Source: Bacteroidales bacterium
GTDB lineage: Bacteria > Bacteroidota > Bacteroidia > Bacteroidales > UBA12077
Reading direction: 5' to 3'
Assembly (NCBI GenBank): GCA_028282585.1
Contig: JANQHR010000126.1
Coordinates: 40,832 to 104,831, forward strand
Length of the DNA: 64,000 nt
Shown: one piece after another, positions 48,861 through 59,572 of the stretch
Layout: the number at the start of each line of letters is the position of its first letter
How positions within the stretch are numbered: position 1 is the stretch's first letter
Notes under the pieces: generated by a model
What the model was told of the DNA's origin: nothing
What the model saw: only the letters and a program-made list of their open reading frames with translations
Database searches by the model: none
Position numbers and translations under genes: made by a program

Positions 48861-50627
48861 TTAATAAATTTCAACTTTGTAAGGAATTCTTGCCTGAATA
48901 CCGTCTTGATTAACAATATTTTGTAAGGCTTGATAATATTTATATTCTTCTCCAAGTTCATTTTTCAGAATTGAAACTCTTACATTACCTTGTAATTCTT
49001 CTATAATTTGTTCGAATGGATCTTTTAGTTTAGGATATCCGACAGTTCTGTAAGTTTCAAGATTTGCAGCTTCAGCAGCCATTGCGATAGCATCTTCCAA
49101 ACCCCCAAATCCATCAATTAATCCAATCTCTAAAGCATTAGTACCACTCCATACACGTCCTTGTCCAATTTCATCAACTTCTTCTTTGGTCATTCCACGA
49201 CCTTCTGCTACATGTGTGATAAATGTTTCGTATATTTCTTCAATGCTAAATTGGATCACTTCTCTTTCTTGCGCCGTAAGTCTTCTGTTAAATGTTCCTA
49301 TATCTGCAAAGTCATTGGTTTTTACGACATCAACATGAACTCCTAATTTATCATTTAAAAGTTCTTTACCATTAAATAAAAGACCAAACACTCCAATTGA
49401 ACCGGTAATAGTATTTGGGCTTGCTATGATTTTTTGTGCTGGGGCAACTATATAATAACCTCCTGACGCAGCAACATCGCCTAAAGAAGCAATTACTGGT
49501 TTAACTTCTTGTGCAAGCTTTACTTCACGCCAAATTACTTCCGATGCTAAAGCACTTCCACCACCAGAATTTACTCTGAAAACAATTGCCTTAACAGATG
49601 AATCTTTTCTGGCTTTTCGAATAGCTCTGGAGATACGATCAGAACCAATAGTACCTTCCTCACCTTCACCCATAATTACAGATCCGCTTGCATAAACAAC
49701 AGCAATTTTATCTTTTTCCAGTTTTTTACGTTTTTTGTCTGGCACCTTGGTATATTTGCCTAATTTGATATGTTCAATATCTTTTTCATTTTCTTTACCA
49801 GTTAATTCAGCAAGTTCAGCTATAATCTCATCTTTATATTTTAATTCATCAATTAAGCCATTTTCTACTGCTAATTCTGCATTTTTTAAAGCGAGGTCAT
49901 CTGCTAATTCATTTAGTTTTTTGATGCTTATATTTCTTTCATCTGATATTCCTTTTAATATGTGATTCCAAATTGAACCTATATAAGTCATAATCTGCTC
50001 ACGATTTTCATCACTCATTTTAGTATACATGAATGGCTCTACAGCACTTTTGAATTTTCCATGTCGTATAATCTGAGGTTCAATTCCTAATTTTTCCATA
50101 GCTTCCTTAAAGAACATAATTTCGGAACGTAAACCTACAAACATTAATAATCCTTCAGGGTTCATGTAAACTTTATCAGCAACAGTTGCCAAATAATATG
50201 ATGGTTGTGTATAATTATCGCTATAACTTATAATGAATTTGCCCGATTCCTTAAAATCAATTAAAGCATTTCTAATTTCCTCAATGGTAGCAATTCCTGT
50301 AGGTATTGCTGTTAAATCAAGATAAATACCATCAATATTCGGATCAGATTTTGCTTTTTTCAGATTCTTTAAAATATCATCTAAACCTATTTTAGTAACA
50401 GGTTGGAAAGATGGAAAATCAAAATCACCGAATGGATTTTTATCACTCCTGTCGGTAATTACCTGGTTTAACTTCATGTGTAGAATGGTATGTTCTTTAA
50501 TTTTTACTGGTTCATCTTGCGAAGCAACCATAGCACTAATTACTCCAATTGTTATAAAAAACATTAAAATACTTGCGAGGATTAAACCAAGCATAGTAGC
50601 TAAAACATACTTAAAAAAACTCTTCAT
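48861..50627 (-). CDS. sppA: Signal peptide peptidase SppA (67K type)
   Basis: YYLA..ADK, G.FKSAVEP, RVNSGGGSALASE, AASGGY, TGSIGV, QGRVWSG. Confidence 0.96.
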   Translation of the reverse strand: MKSFFKYVLATMLGLILASILMFFITIGVISAMVASQDEPVKIKEHTILHMKLNQVITDRSDKNPFGDFDFPSFQPVTKIGLDDILKNLKKAKSDPNIDGIYLDLTAIPTGIATIEEIRNALIDFKESGKFIISYSDNYTQPSYYLATVADKVYMNPEGLLMFVGLRSEIMFFKEAMEKLGIEPQIIRHGKFKSAVEPFMYTKMSDENREQIMTYIGSIWNHILKGISDERNISIKKLNELADDLALKNAELAVENGLIDELKYKDEIIAELAELTGKENEKDIEHIKLGKYTKVPDKKRKKLEKDKIAVVYASGSVIMGEGEEGTIGSDRISRAIRKARKDSSVKAIVFRVNSGGGSALASEVIWREVKLAQEVKPVIASLGDVAASGGYYIVAPAQKIIASPNTITGSIGVFGLLFNGKELLNDKLGVHVDVVKTNDFADIGTFNRRLTAQEREVIQFSIEEIYETFITHVAEGRGMTKEEVDEIGQGRVWSGTNALEIGLIDGFGGLEDAIAMAAEAANLETYRTVGYPKLKDPFEQIIEELQGNVRVSILKNELGEEYKYYQALQNIVNQDGIQARIPYKVEIY

Positions 50628-50753
50628 AATGTATTGGGTTTAAAATTATTTTTATTGATAAAGGATAAATTTATATTATTAAAATCATACTTACAACAAA
50701 TTAGTAGAATGATGGTTAAATTTGTTACATAATAATGTAATTTTTTTTATTAA

Positions 50754-51239
50754 ATGTTTAACGAAGTATATTTATTAATTGGCGGAAATATAGGTGATCG
50801 ATTTAAACTGCTTGAACAAGCTAAAAGAGCAATAAGCAAGAAAATAGGAGAAATTAAAAATGAATCATCGATATATGAAACTGCCCCCTGGGGATTTAAA
50901 GCTGAGCAAAGTTTTCTGAATCAGGTTGTTAAAATTAGCACAAAGCTTTCTCCACAGAAGATACTAAAATTTTGCTTTGAAATTGAGGATGGGTTAGGTA
51001 GAGAAAGAAAATCCAATCAATATGAATCCAGAACAATGGATATTGATATTCTTTTTTATAATGATGAAATCGTTAATGAACCGGGTTTAATTATTCCACA
51101 CCCCAAATTACATCTGCGTAGATTTACTTTAGTACCTTTAACTGAAATAGAGCCTGGTTTTGTTCATCCTGTTTTTAAGAAAACATCGGCAGTACTTTTA
51201 GAAAATTGCAATGATAATTCTAAAGTACAGAAGTTGTAA
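50754..51239 (+). CDS. folK: 2-amino-4-hydroxy-6-hydroxymethyldihydropteridine diphosphokinase
   Basis: G.N.GDR, SSIYET.PWG, FLNQV, RT.DIDIL, PHP....R.F.L.PL. Confidence 0.95.
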   Translation: MFNEVYLLIGGNIGDRFKLLEQAKRAISKKIGEIKNESSIYETAPWGFKAEQSFLNQVVKISTKLSPQKILKFCFEIEDGLGRERKSNQYESRTMDIDILFYNDEIVNEPGLIIPHPKLHLRRFTLVPLTEIEPGFVHPVFKKTSAVLLENCNDNSKVQKL

Positions 51240-51312
51240 TTTATTTCTTTTGAAGCTTAGTTCAATCATTTTTATATAGTTTTCGCGTGGCTATATAAAG
51301 TTTTTACGACCA

Positions 51313-51930
51313 CTAAATTAAGAAACCTACAATGCTGTAAGAAAGTATATTTGCTAACCCATGCGAAATCCAGCTTGGAATAATACTTCCGTTTCCAACT
51401 TTTTCATTAAGATATGTTGAAATATATGCTCCAACCGAGGGAACAGTAAAAATAACCAGTAAGAAAAAAATATTGGTGGTTATCATTGCAAATAATGCAG
51501 TATGAATAATTCCAAATATTATTGATTGTATTATATTTCCTTTTTGATACCCCATAATACTGATGAGTCTTTTTGCTATAAATCCTCTAAACAATATTTC
51601 CTCTGCAAAAGAGGTTTTGAATACCGCAACTATAATCAGAATAAATATCGAATTTAATCCAATACCCATTTGTCTGAACTTTCCGGTTACGCTTGTTGGG
51701 TTAAACATTATTTCTTTGAAATCTGTACTTATCAGTGTTAAAATCAGGATTGGTATGGCAAATAATAGACAAGCAAGAATAGCAAGACAATTTGCTTTTC
51801 TTGTAGATTTTTTCAGCCCTATATATCTCAAAAAACCTTTTGTAGATTTCTTTTTGATCACGTAAACCAAAAAGGGGATTAAGGTCAAAATAATGATTTG
51901 CAGTATAGCCCCTATTGTTTCGTTTATCAT
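51313..51930 (-). CDS. CPBP (CAAX/Abi) intramembrane metalloprotease
   Basis: EEILFRG, FGIIH, HGLAN motifs. Confidence 0.9.
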   Translation of the reverse strand: MINETIGAILQIIILTLIPFLVYVIKKKSTKGFLRYIGLKKSTRKANCLAILACLLFAIPILILTLISTDFKEIMFNPTSVTGKFRQMGIGLNSIFILIIVAVFKTSFAEEILFRGFIAKRLISIMGYQKGNIIQSIIFGIIHTALFAMITTNIFFLLVIFTVPSVGAYISTYLNEKVGNGSIIPSWISHGLANILSYSIVGFLI

Positions 51931-52005
51931 AAATGATGACCTTTTAAATTATTTACTAACTATGTTTTTAACAAATATAGTTAAAATGTAAAATTGATAA
52001 GAACC

Positions 52006-52656
52006 TTACATTTTACTTCCGAAAGCTAAATCTCCAGCATCGCCCAATCCAGGAACAATATAAGATTTTGAAGTTAATTCATCATCTACGTCACCAGCCC
52101 AAATGGTAACATTTTTCATATTAATATGTTTTTTTACGTAATTAATTCCCTGGTTGCTGGCAATAATAGTTACAATATGAGTATGTTTAGGAGTTCCTCT
52201 TTCTATTATGGCTTTATATGATATCTCCATAGATGCGCCTGACGCTAACATGGGGTCAGACAATATTAAAACCTTGCCCTCAATATCAGGGCTTGAAAGG
52301 TGTTCGAACTGAATGGTAAATGTTCCGTCTTTGTGATATTTTCTGTGTGCAGAAATAAAAGCATTTTCGGAATTATCGAAATAATTTAGAATTCCATTAT
52401 GAAAGGGTAATCCTGCTCTTAAAATAGTTGCATTTACTACCTTCGAAATGGGCAGGTTCATTTTAGATATTCCAAGTGGTGTAGTAATTTCACTTGATTT
52501 ATATTCAAAAGTTTTACTTATTTCATATGCAATAATTTCTCCAATTCTTTCCATATTTCGTCTAAACCGCATACTATCTTTTTGAATCTCATTATCACGT
52601 AATTCAGCGATAAATTGATTCATTAATGAGTTCTTTTGAGCTAGAATATGTACCAT
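52006..52656 (-). CDS. upp: Uracil phosphoribosyltransferase
   Basis: ILRAG, DPMLASG, YIVPGLGDAGD. Confidence 0.96.
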   Translation of the reverse strand: MVHILAQKNSLMNQFIAELRDNEIQKDSMRFRRNMERIGEIIAYEISKTFEYKSSEITTPLGISKMNLPISKVVNATILRAGLPFHNGILNYFDNSENAFISAHRKYHKDGTFTIQFEHLSSPDIEGKVLILSDPMLASGASMEISYKAIIERGTPKHTHIVTIIASNQGINYVKKHINMKNVTIWAGDVDDELTSKSYIVPGLGDAGDLAFGSKM

Positions 52657-52664
52657 TTTTTAAT

Positions 52665-53585
52665 TTATTTAATAATGAATCGATATAATAACGGTAAATT
52701 ATTAGTATAATATTGTTGAAATTTATACTCTTTTGCACCTAATCCGGAAAAAAAATCCTGGTTATTATTCGATATAATATTCTCAATACTCAAAGTTAAA
52801 TCTTTTTCAGAATGAACCTCAATATATTTATCAATAAGTAGATGAAAAGCTTTATTTGCGATTCCATTTTTACTATTAGCAGCAAAAAGAAGGTGTAACT
52901 TTCTTTTTGATTTTATAAAAAAACCAGCTGCTTGCAAATTATTATGAGATCCATAAGCACAATAAGTGTCTCCCAAACTATATCTCATACAATAAGCAAT
53001 TATCATGCGTAATTTCTGAATCTCTGAGGGTTTTAGTTTTGGTTGCGACAAAACGTCTTTTCTTTGCGAGAAATTTATTAACTCGTTTGGTAAAAGACCC
53101 TTTACAATTGAAATTTTATTTCTTTTGGCGGTTTCCAAATCCTTTTGAAAATGATTGGTATAATTCTCTGCAATACGTTTATGTGATTTTATCAAGTCAA
53201 TTGCATAAGTTGAATTGCTTTTTATGTTTTTTGATTCTAATTGATTAAAAACGTTCAGGGAGATATTTATAACCGAATTCTTTTTTGGAATAGCATCAAT
53301 GAATTTTTGAACAATTTTTTCTGTTAATAGCTTATTGGAGAAAACTCCTAAACGAACTCCTAATTTTGATGTATAGTAAGTATTTTTATTGAATCGTGTT
53401 TTGCGAAATAGCGGCATCACATATTCATAATTTCCCAGAACCAAAGCTTCCCAGTTTTCACAAAGAATATTTAAATACCAGGAATAAGCAAATACATTTC
53501 CATTAACAGCATTGTTTATGCAATTATCCCATCTGATAAAATTAACATCACTATTATTTAAATGCTTAATATTCAAAACATACAA
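52665..53585 (-). CDS. Hypothetical GNAT/FemAB-like protein
   Basis: WD.CI....N...AYSWYL......W..LV..Y..VMPL N-terminus; FF..LGA C-terminus. Confidence 0.55.
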   Translation of the reverse strand: MYVLNIKHLNNSDVNFIRWDNCINNAVNGNVFAYSWYLNILCENWEALVLGNYEYVMPLFRKTRFNKNTYYTSKLGVRLGVFSNKLLTEKIVQKFIDAIPKKNSVINISLNVFNQLESKNIKSNSTYAIDLIKSHKRIAENYTNHFQKDLETAKRNKISIVKGLLPNELINFSQRKDVLSQPKLKPSEIQKLRMIIAYCMRYSLGDTYCAYGSHNNLQAAGFFIKSKRKLHLLFAANSKNGIANKAFHLLIDKYIEVHSEKDLTLSIENIISNNNQDFFSGLGAKEYKFQQYYTNNLPLLYRFIIK

Positions 53586-53591
53586 TTGATT

Positions 53592-54287
53592 TTATAATTT
53601 TCCCTCATCAGCATAACTGAAATATTCAATATCTGCAATAATGATATGATCAAGTACTAGTATATCTAAAAGTTGGCCACCTTGCTTTAATTTGTTTGTT
53701 ATTGAATCATCAGAGTTACTAGGATTTTTGTTTCCTGACGGATGATTGTGACATAAAATTACAGAAGAAGCTAATTTTTCAACAGCCTGCTTTAAAATTA
53801 TCTTTACATCTATTACCGTTCCGGAAATTCCACCTTGACTTATTTTTATTTTTTCAATAATTCGGTTTGAACGATTTAATAGTAAGATCCAAAATTCTTC
53901 ATGAGGTAAATCGCCAATTACTGGTTGAAATAGTTCATAAACATCCTTGCTTTGAGTAATTTTTCTTTTGGTTAAAACGTCAGAGATCTTTCTTCTTCTT
54001 CCAAGCTCAAGAGCTGCAAGAATAGTAATAGCCTTTGCCTCACCAATTCCTTTCATTTTAGTTAGCTCGGGAATATGAAGTTTTCCTAATTCATTTAGAT
54101 TATTATTTGCTGATTTTAGAACTTTTTTTGATAATTCAACTGCTGATTCATTACGAGTTCCGGATCCTATTAATAATGCAATTATTTCAGCATCGCTTAA
54201 GCTCTGGACACCTTTTTTAAGGAGTTTTTCACGAGGTCGATCCTCGATAGCCCAATCTTTGATGGTTAAATTAGAGTATTCTTCCAT
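53592..54287 (-). CDS. radC: RadC/JAB domain protein
   Basis: DRPREKL, GIGEAKA, HEEFW, HNHPSG....S.SD, LDHIII. Confidence 0.95.
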   Translation of the reverse strand: MEEYSNLTIKDWAIEDRPREKLLKKGVQSLSDAEIIALLIGSGTRNESAVELSKKVLKSANNNLNELGKLHIPELTKMKGIGEAKAITILAALELGRRRKISDVLTKRKITQSKDVYELFQPVIGDLPHEEFWILLLNRSNRIIEKIKISQGGISGTVIDVKIILKQAVEKLASSVILCHNHPSGNKNPSNSDDSITNKLKQGGQLLDILVLDHIIIADIEYFSYADEGKL

Positions 54288-54346
54288 TATTAAATAACAT
54301 TAAATACAGATTTTGGCTTAAGTTACTAAAATTAGGTGAATCCAAT

Positions 54347-54376
54347 AAAAAAGGCATGGGTAATTTTCCATGCCTT
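54347..54376 (-). terminator. Terminator after trxA
   Basis: AAGGCATGG...CCATGCCTT stem with A-tract on + strand. Confidence 0.75.
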
Positions 54377-54402
54377 GAATTTATTTTTACTAAAAGGACT
54401 GA

Positions 54403-54720
54403 CTATAAAAGCGGTTTTAATTTAGCTTCCAAATTACTTTTTGGAACTGCACCAACTTGTTTGTCAACAATTTCACCATCTTTAAAAAATAAAATAGTTG
54501 GTATATTTCTGATACCGTAATTTGACGCAACGCCCGGACTACTATCTACATCAAGTTTTGTACAAACAACCTGATCTTTATAATCTTCTGATAATTCTTC
54601 AATAATAGGACCGATCATTCTACAAGGCCCACACCATTCTGCCCAAAAATCAACAATTACAGGTTTGTCAGATTTTAAAACTAATTCTTCGAAATTTGAG
54701 TCGTTAACTTCTACTGTCAT
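54403..54720 (-). CDS. trxA: Thioredoxin
   Basis: VDFWAEWCGPC, GIRNIPT. Confidence 0.97.
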   Translation of the reverse strand: MTVEVNDSNFEELVLKSDKPVIVDFWAEWCGPCRMIGPIIEELSEDYKDQVVCTKLDVDSSPGVASNYGIRNIPTILFFKDGEIVDKQVGAVPKSNLEAKLKPLL

Positions 54721-54792
54721 AATTGTGTTATTTTATGTTTTTAATAAATTTAATTTCAAATAAAATATGGTACAAATTTAATTATAAAAAGT

Positions 54793-57700
54793 TTAATAAA
54801 CGGAATATTGAATCTCAGAATTTTGCTGTAAATAATTAACCAGTTTATCAGTAATTAAAATACCTTTCGATCTGGAAATGAAGTCAACTGAAGCATTCGC
54901 TTCTCTATCTATTACTTTTATTTTGATTAAAGTACTTCCTTCTTTTTCATATGTGCACTCTTTAAGCTCATTGATAAGTTTTTCATTAACAATTTCATAT
55001 GGTAGAGTAAATGTAATGCCTTTTACCATTTCTTCACGAACCTGGCTAAGCATCATCATATTTTTTATTTTAAATTCCAGTTCCTGATCATTATACGGTC
55101 GAGGCTGTATTCTTCCTTTTATTAAGAGTGGATAATCAAGGTAACAATACTTTCTAAAGTTTTCATAATCCTTACCAAATAGCGCGAATCGATACGATTC
55201 GGTATAATCTTGTATTGTTAAGAATCCAAATGGTTTACCCGTTTTTGTCATAGAGTGTTTAACATCTGTAACAATTCCTGCTATTGTTAGATCTCGGTTT
55301 CTTAAACTATCCAGGTCTGTAAATTCACTAAGTTTAGCATTACAGAAATTATCGAATTCAAATTTATAGTCATCTAATGGGTGAGCAGAAAGATAAATTC
55401 CGATGACTTCTTTTTCCTTTTTTAGTTTTTCAAGTTTTAACCAATCGTTGGATGTTGGAACAATAGGCTTTGTGATCTCAATCATTGCAGTTTCTCCAAA
55501 CAACGATTGTTGGTTACTATTTTGATCGTTCTGGTATTTGTTTCCATACCTAACTAAATTCTCAATGAATGTGCTTTCCGAATTATCTTTTGCAAAATAC
55601 TGGCCACGCTTTATATCGTCTAAATTGTCAAATGCTCCTGAAGTGGCAAGAGCTTCAATAGTCTTTTTATTAACTTGGTTCAAGCTAATTCGCTCTATAA
55701 AATCATAAATACTTTTAAACGGGCCATTTTTTTCTCGTTCTTCAATGATTGCTTCCACAGCTCCTTCTCCCACGCCTTTAATCCCAGCCATTCCAAAACG
55801 GATTGCACCATCCTTATTTACGGTAAACTTGCGATAACTTTCATTTACGTCCGGTCCTAAAACTTCCATGCCCATGTTACGGCAGTCTTCCATAAAGTTT
55901 GTAATCTTGGTTATATCATTTAGATTACGGCTTAATACTCCTGCCATGAATTCAGCTGGGAAATGTGCTTTAAGGTATCCCGTTTGATACGCAATATACG
56001 CATAACAAACGGAGTGGGATTTGTTAAAGGCGTAACTGGCAAAAGCTTCCCAATCGTTCCAAATTTTTTCTACTAATTTTTTAGGAGTCTTATCACTATT
56101 TTCACATCCTTTGACAAACTCTTCGCTAGCTAAACACCCTTCGGTAAACTTTACTTTAAGTTTATCCATCATATCTTTTTTCTTCTTACCCATTGCTTTT
56201 CGTAGAGAGTCAGAATCACCACGAGTAAATCCAGCTAATGCTCTGGATTGAAGCATCACTTGCTCCTGGTAAACAGTTATACCGTAAGTATCTTTTAAAT
56301 ATGATTCCATCATCGGATGGTCATAGGAAATCTTTTCTTTGCCATGTTTTCGAGCTATAAAAGATGGAATATAATCCATAGGGCCTGGGCGGTAAAGAGC
56401 ATTCATTGCAACAAGATCTTCAAATCTATTAGGTTGAAGCGACCTAAGATGCTTTTTCATTCCCGGGGATTCGAATTGGAATATTGCAGTTGTTTCACCA
56501 CGGCTAAAAAGTTTAAACGTTTCTTCGTCAGTTAGCTCAATTGAGTCTATATCAATATCAATTCCTTTTGAGAGCTTAATATTATCAAGTACCTCCTTAA
56601 TTATCGATAGTGTTTTAAGGCCAAGGAAATCCATTTTTAACAAACCAATGTCCTCAACAAAACGTCCATCGTATTGGGTGGTTAATAAATCTTCTCCTTT
56701 TGTTGGCATTACAGGAAGATGCTCATCCAGAGGATTTCTACCGATAAGGATACCACAGGCATGCACGCCGGTTTGGCGGACTGAACCTTCCAGTTTTTCT
56801 GCTAATTCAATAGTTTGGACAATAAGCGGATTTGAAGATTTTTTTTCTTCGAGTAATAATGGTTCTTCTTTATAAGCTTTTTCAAAACTCATTTTTGGAG
56901 CTTCAGGTACAAGTTTAGCCAACCGGTTAGATTCAGATAAATCTAATTTTAATACACGCGCTACATCTTTGATTGAACTTTTAGTAGCCATCGTTCCAAA
57001 GGTACAAATATGAGCAACTTTATCATGTCCATACTTATTTGTTACATAATCTAATACAAGCTGTCTTCCATCATCATCAAAATCGATATCTACATCAGGC
57101 ATTGAGATACGGTCAGGATTTAAGAATCTTTCAAAAAGCAGGTTGTATTTTATTGGATCAACATTTGTAATTCCTGTACAATATGCTACAACTGCACCTG
57201 CTGCCGAGCCCCGGCCTGGCCCTACAAGTACACCATTATCTTTTGCCCAATTGATAAAATCTTGTGTAATAAGAAAGTATCCCGGGAAACCCATTTTTAT
57301 GATCGTGTCCAATTCAAAATTTATTCTTTCTAAATGGGTTTCTGGAATAGGATCTCCATATTTTCTCTTAGCACCTTCAATGGTAAGATGTCGAAGGTAG
57401 TCTGCTTCCGATTCAAATTCTTTAGGGAGCGGAAAATCAGGCATAATTGGTTCAGAATCTAACTCAAACTCCTCAACCTTATTGGCAATTTCTTCCGTAT
57501 TTGCAAGCGCCTCAGGAACATCAGCAAATACTTCATTCATCTCTTTGGTTGTTTTAAACCATTCTTGTTTAGTATAACGCATTCTGGTAGGATCGTCATA
57601 ATCGCGACCAGTACTTAAACAGACCAAAACATCATGTGCTTCGGCATCTTCCGGATTTATATAATGAGAGTCATTTGTAGCAATGATTTTTATGTTAAGT

Positions 57701-59058
57701 TCCTTAGCAAATTCACGTATTATCTTGTTTACTTTTACTTGATTTTCCCAAACTTCAATTTTAAGTTGTGGATCATCATTTTTATGACGCATGATCTCAA
57801 GATAATAATCATCGGCAAACACGGATTTGAACCATAAAATGGTTTGTTTAGCTTTATCAAAATTACCAGCCATTATGTGCTGCGCAACTTCTCCACCCAG
57901 GCATCCACTACCCACAATTATTCCTTCATGGTATTTTTCTAGCAGTTCTTTGTCAATTCTAGGTTTATAGTACATACCTTCAGTATGTGCAATAGAAGTA
58001 AGTTTTAGAAGGTTCTGATATCCTTTATAATTTTTAGCTAAAAGAGTGAGGTGATATCCGGATGAATCTAGTTTGTCATCTTTACGTAAATATCCGCGGC
58101 GTGCAACATAAGCTTCAACTCCGATTATGGGTTTAATACCATTTTTTTTACATGCAACATGAAATTCTTTTACCCCAAACATACCTCCATGATCGGTAAT
58201 TGCTACTGCTGGCATTCCGTCTTTTTTAGCTTTGCTTGCTATTTGTGAGGTAGTTGAGGCACCGTCAAGTATAGAATATTGAGAATGGACATGCAGGTGT
58301 ACAAATGGAGTAAGCTCCTTTCCAACTGATGCTTCTTTTAGCTTTTGTTCCTCTTCTTCTACTGAAATATCACTAAATTCATTTACTTTAAATGATTCAT
58401 ATTTAATACCAGCTGGTTTTATCGGAGAAGGATTGTTGTTTTTAAATGCTTCAATTTCTTGTGGAGTCATCCTAAGAGCTTCAATACTAGCCCCACCAAC
58501 TCTAATTAATTCAAGAAAGCATCTTGATGTTGCTTCTACATCTGCAGCAGCATTATGTGCCTCGGGAAAAGGCTCATTAAAAAGTTTTAAATGTAGCTCT
58601 GTAAGTGTTGGTGATTTTAAACCTCCACTTTTATTACGAATAGCGCAATATTCCGTACTTTCTATTTTAGTACAAAACCGAGGTGCAGGTGTCATTATTT
58701 CTTTCATTCCACACCTTAAAAGTTCACTACCTAAAATATTAATGTCAAATTCGACGTTATGCCCGATAATAAATTTTGCTTTCTCTACATCATTTATAAA
58801 ATCAATTAAAGCCTCTTTAAGGAGTATTCCTTTTTCATTTGCAATTTCTGTTGAGATACCGTGGACTTCAACTACATCATCTGGAATTTTAAAACCTTCG
58901 GGTTTAACAATATGATTTTTTGCAAAAAGAAAATTACCTTCTAAGTCATGACATTGCCATGCCAATTGCACTATTCTTGGCCAATTATTGAAATCTGTTA
59001 AAGGTGCTTTCCATTTTTTAGGAAGGCCCGTAGTTTCGGTATCAAATATTAAAAACAT
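54793..59058 (-). CDS. dnaE: DNA polymerase III alpha with N-terminal DEDDh exonuclease domain
   Basis: FDTETTG/HNVEFD/HNAAADV; PHP HLHVHSQYSILDG; GPGRGSAAG, FERFLNPDR.SMPDVDIDF, KMDFLGL, YAFNKSH. Confidence 0.96.
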   Translation of the reverse strand: MFLIFDTETTGLPKKWKAPLTDFNNWPRIVQLAWQCHDLEGNFLFAKNHIVKPEGFKIPDDVVEVHGISTEIANEKGILLKEALIDFINDVEKAKFIIGHNVEFDINILGSELLRCGMKEIMTPAPRFCTKIESTEYCAIRNKSGGLKSPTLTELHLKLFNEPFPEAHNAAADVEATSRCFLELIRVGGASIEALRMTPQEIEAFKNNNPSPIKPAGIKYESFKVNEFSDISVEEEEQKLKEASVGKELTPFVHLHVHSQYSILDGASTTSQIASKAKKDGMPAVAITDHGGMFGVKEFHVACKKNGIKPIIGVEAYVARRGYLRKDDKLDSSGYHLTLLAKNYKGYQNLLKLTSIAHTEGMYYKPRIDKELLEKYHEGIIVGSGCLGGEVAQHIMAGNFDKAKQTILWFKSVFADDYYLEIMRHKNDDPQLKIEVWENQVKVNKIIREFAKELNIKIIATNDSHYINPEDAEAHDVLVCLSTGRDYDDPTRMRYTKQEWFKTTKEMNEVFADVPEALANTEEIANKVEEFELDSEPIMPDFPLPKEFESEADYLRHLTIEGAKRKYGDPIPETHLERINFELDTIIKMGFPGYFLITQDFINWAKDNGVLVGPGRGSAAGAVVAYCTGITNVDPIKYNLLFERFLNPDRISMPDVDIDFDDDGRQLVLDYVTNKYGHDKVAHICTFGTMATKSSIKDVARVLKLDLSESNRLAKLVPEAPKMSFEKAYKEEPLLLEEKKSSNPLIVQTIELAEKLEGSVRQTGVHACGILIGRNPLDEHLPVMPTKGEDLLTTQYDGRFVEDIGLLKMDFLGLKTLSIIKEVLDNIKLSKGIDIDIDSIELTDEETFKLFSRGETTAIFQFESPGMKKHLRSLQPNRFEDLVAMNALYRPGPMDYIPSFIARKHGKEKISYDHPMMESYLKDTYGITVYQEQVMLQSRALAGFTRGDSDSLRKAMGKKKKDMMDKLKVKFTEGCLASEEFVKGCENSDKTPKKLVEKIWNDWEAFASYAFNKSHSVCYAYIAYQTGYLKAHFPAEFMAGVLSRNLNDITKITNFMEDCRNMGMEVLGPDVNESYRKFTVNKDGAIRFGMAGIKGVGEGAVEAIIEEREKNGPFKSIYDFIERISLNQVNKKTIEALATSGAFDNLDDIKRGQYFAKDNSESTFIENLVRYGNKYQNDQNSNQQSLFGETAMIEITKPIVPTSNDWLKLEKLKKEKEVIGIYLSAHPLDDYKFEFDNFCNAKLSEFTDLDSLRNRDLTIAGIVTDVKHSMTKTGKPFGFLTIQDYTESYRFALFGKDYENFRKYCYLDYPLLIKGRIQPRPYNDQELEFKIKNMMMLSQVREEMVKGITFTLPYEIVNEKLINELKECTYEKEGSTLIKIKVIDREANASVDFISRSKGILITDKLVNYLQQNSEIQYSVY

Positions 59059-59087
59059 GAAATATTTTTTTGTAGAAAATGACTTAA

Positions 59088-59095
59088 CAAAGTTA
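59088..59095 (-). promoter_or_regulatory. Putative -7 promoter element of dnaE
   Basis: TAACTTTG on minus strand 29 nt upstream of ATG. Confidence 0.5.
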
Positions 59096-59394
59096 AGATT
59101 TCCAATTTTTTTAACTGATATTATTCAAAAGCTTTTTTTCACAAGGAAGAGCTACAAAATTAACTTTAAATGAAGGGTTTCATATTTAGATAATAGGCGA
59201 TGTTAATAACTTGAATCATTTTTTTAATGCTTATATGAAATAACTAATTGATATTATAACCAATAAAGCATTAAAAAGTTTTATTAAACCGAAAATGTAT
59301 AAAGGCATTTTTGCACTTCGTGCAAACGAATGAAAATGTAGCAAAAAAATAATATTGGTGACCAAGAAAATATTTTATTTTCATTGTTGGGATA

Positions 59395-59502
59395 AATCTC
59401 CTATGAGCCTGATATGACTATAGGAGTTATCAAACCTGGCGAAGCTTTGGTTTCGCCATTAATTGAGATAGCTCTGTTTTTTTAAGGGCATATGTAGGAT
59501 TA
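59395..59502 (+). ncRNA. ssrS: 6S RNA (6S-Flavo type)
   Basis: About 105-nt rod: CCTAT/GTAGG and GCC/GGC closing stems, GAGTTATC/GATAGCTC, TCAA/TTGA, apical TGGCGAA/TTCGCCA; blocks GCCTGATATGAC, TCAAACCT, TTAATTGA, AGGGCATA match my recollection of the 6S-Flavo consensus. Confidence 0.7.
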
Positions 59503-59516
59503 ATTAAATAATATTG

Positions 59517-59524
59517 TATCTTTG
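59517..59524 (+). promoter_or_regulatory. Putative -7 promoter element of rpsP
   Basis: TATCTTTG followed by C, 48 nt upstream of ATG. Confidence 0.6.
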
Positions 59525-59572
59525 CCGCACAATTTTGAATTGTAGGTTTAATTATTAATTAAAAACAAGAGT

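Noticed and set aside
48773-48961. 62-aa ORF overlapping the end of sppA
   Set aside because: It overlaps sppA out of frame, runs through its terminator and has no motif.
53592-54287. radC as a marker of a mobile element
   Set aside because: Full-length chromosomal type among housekeeping genes; no integrase, transposase or att sites seen.
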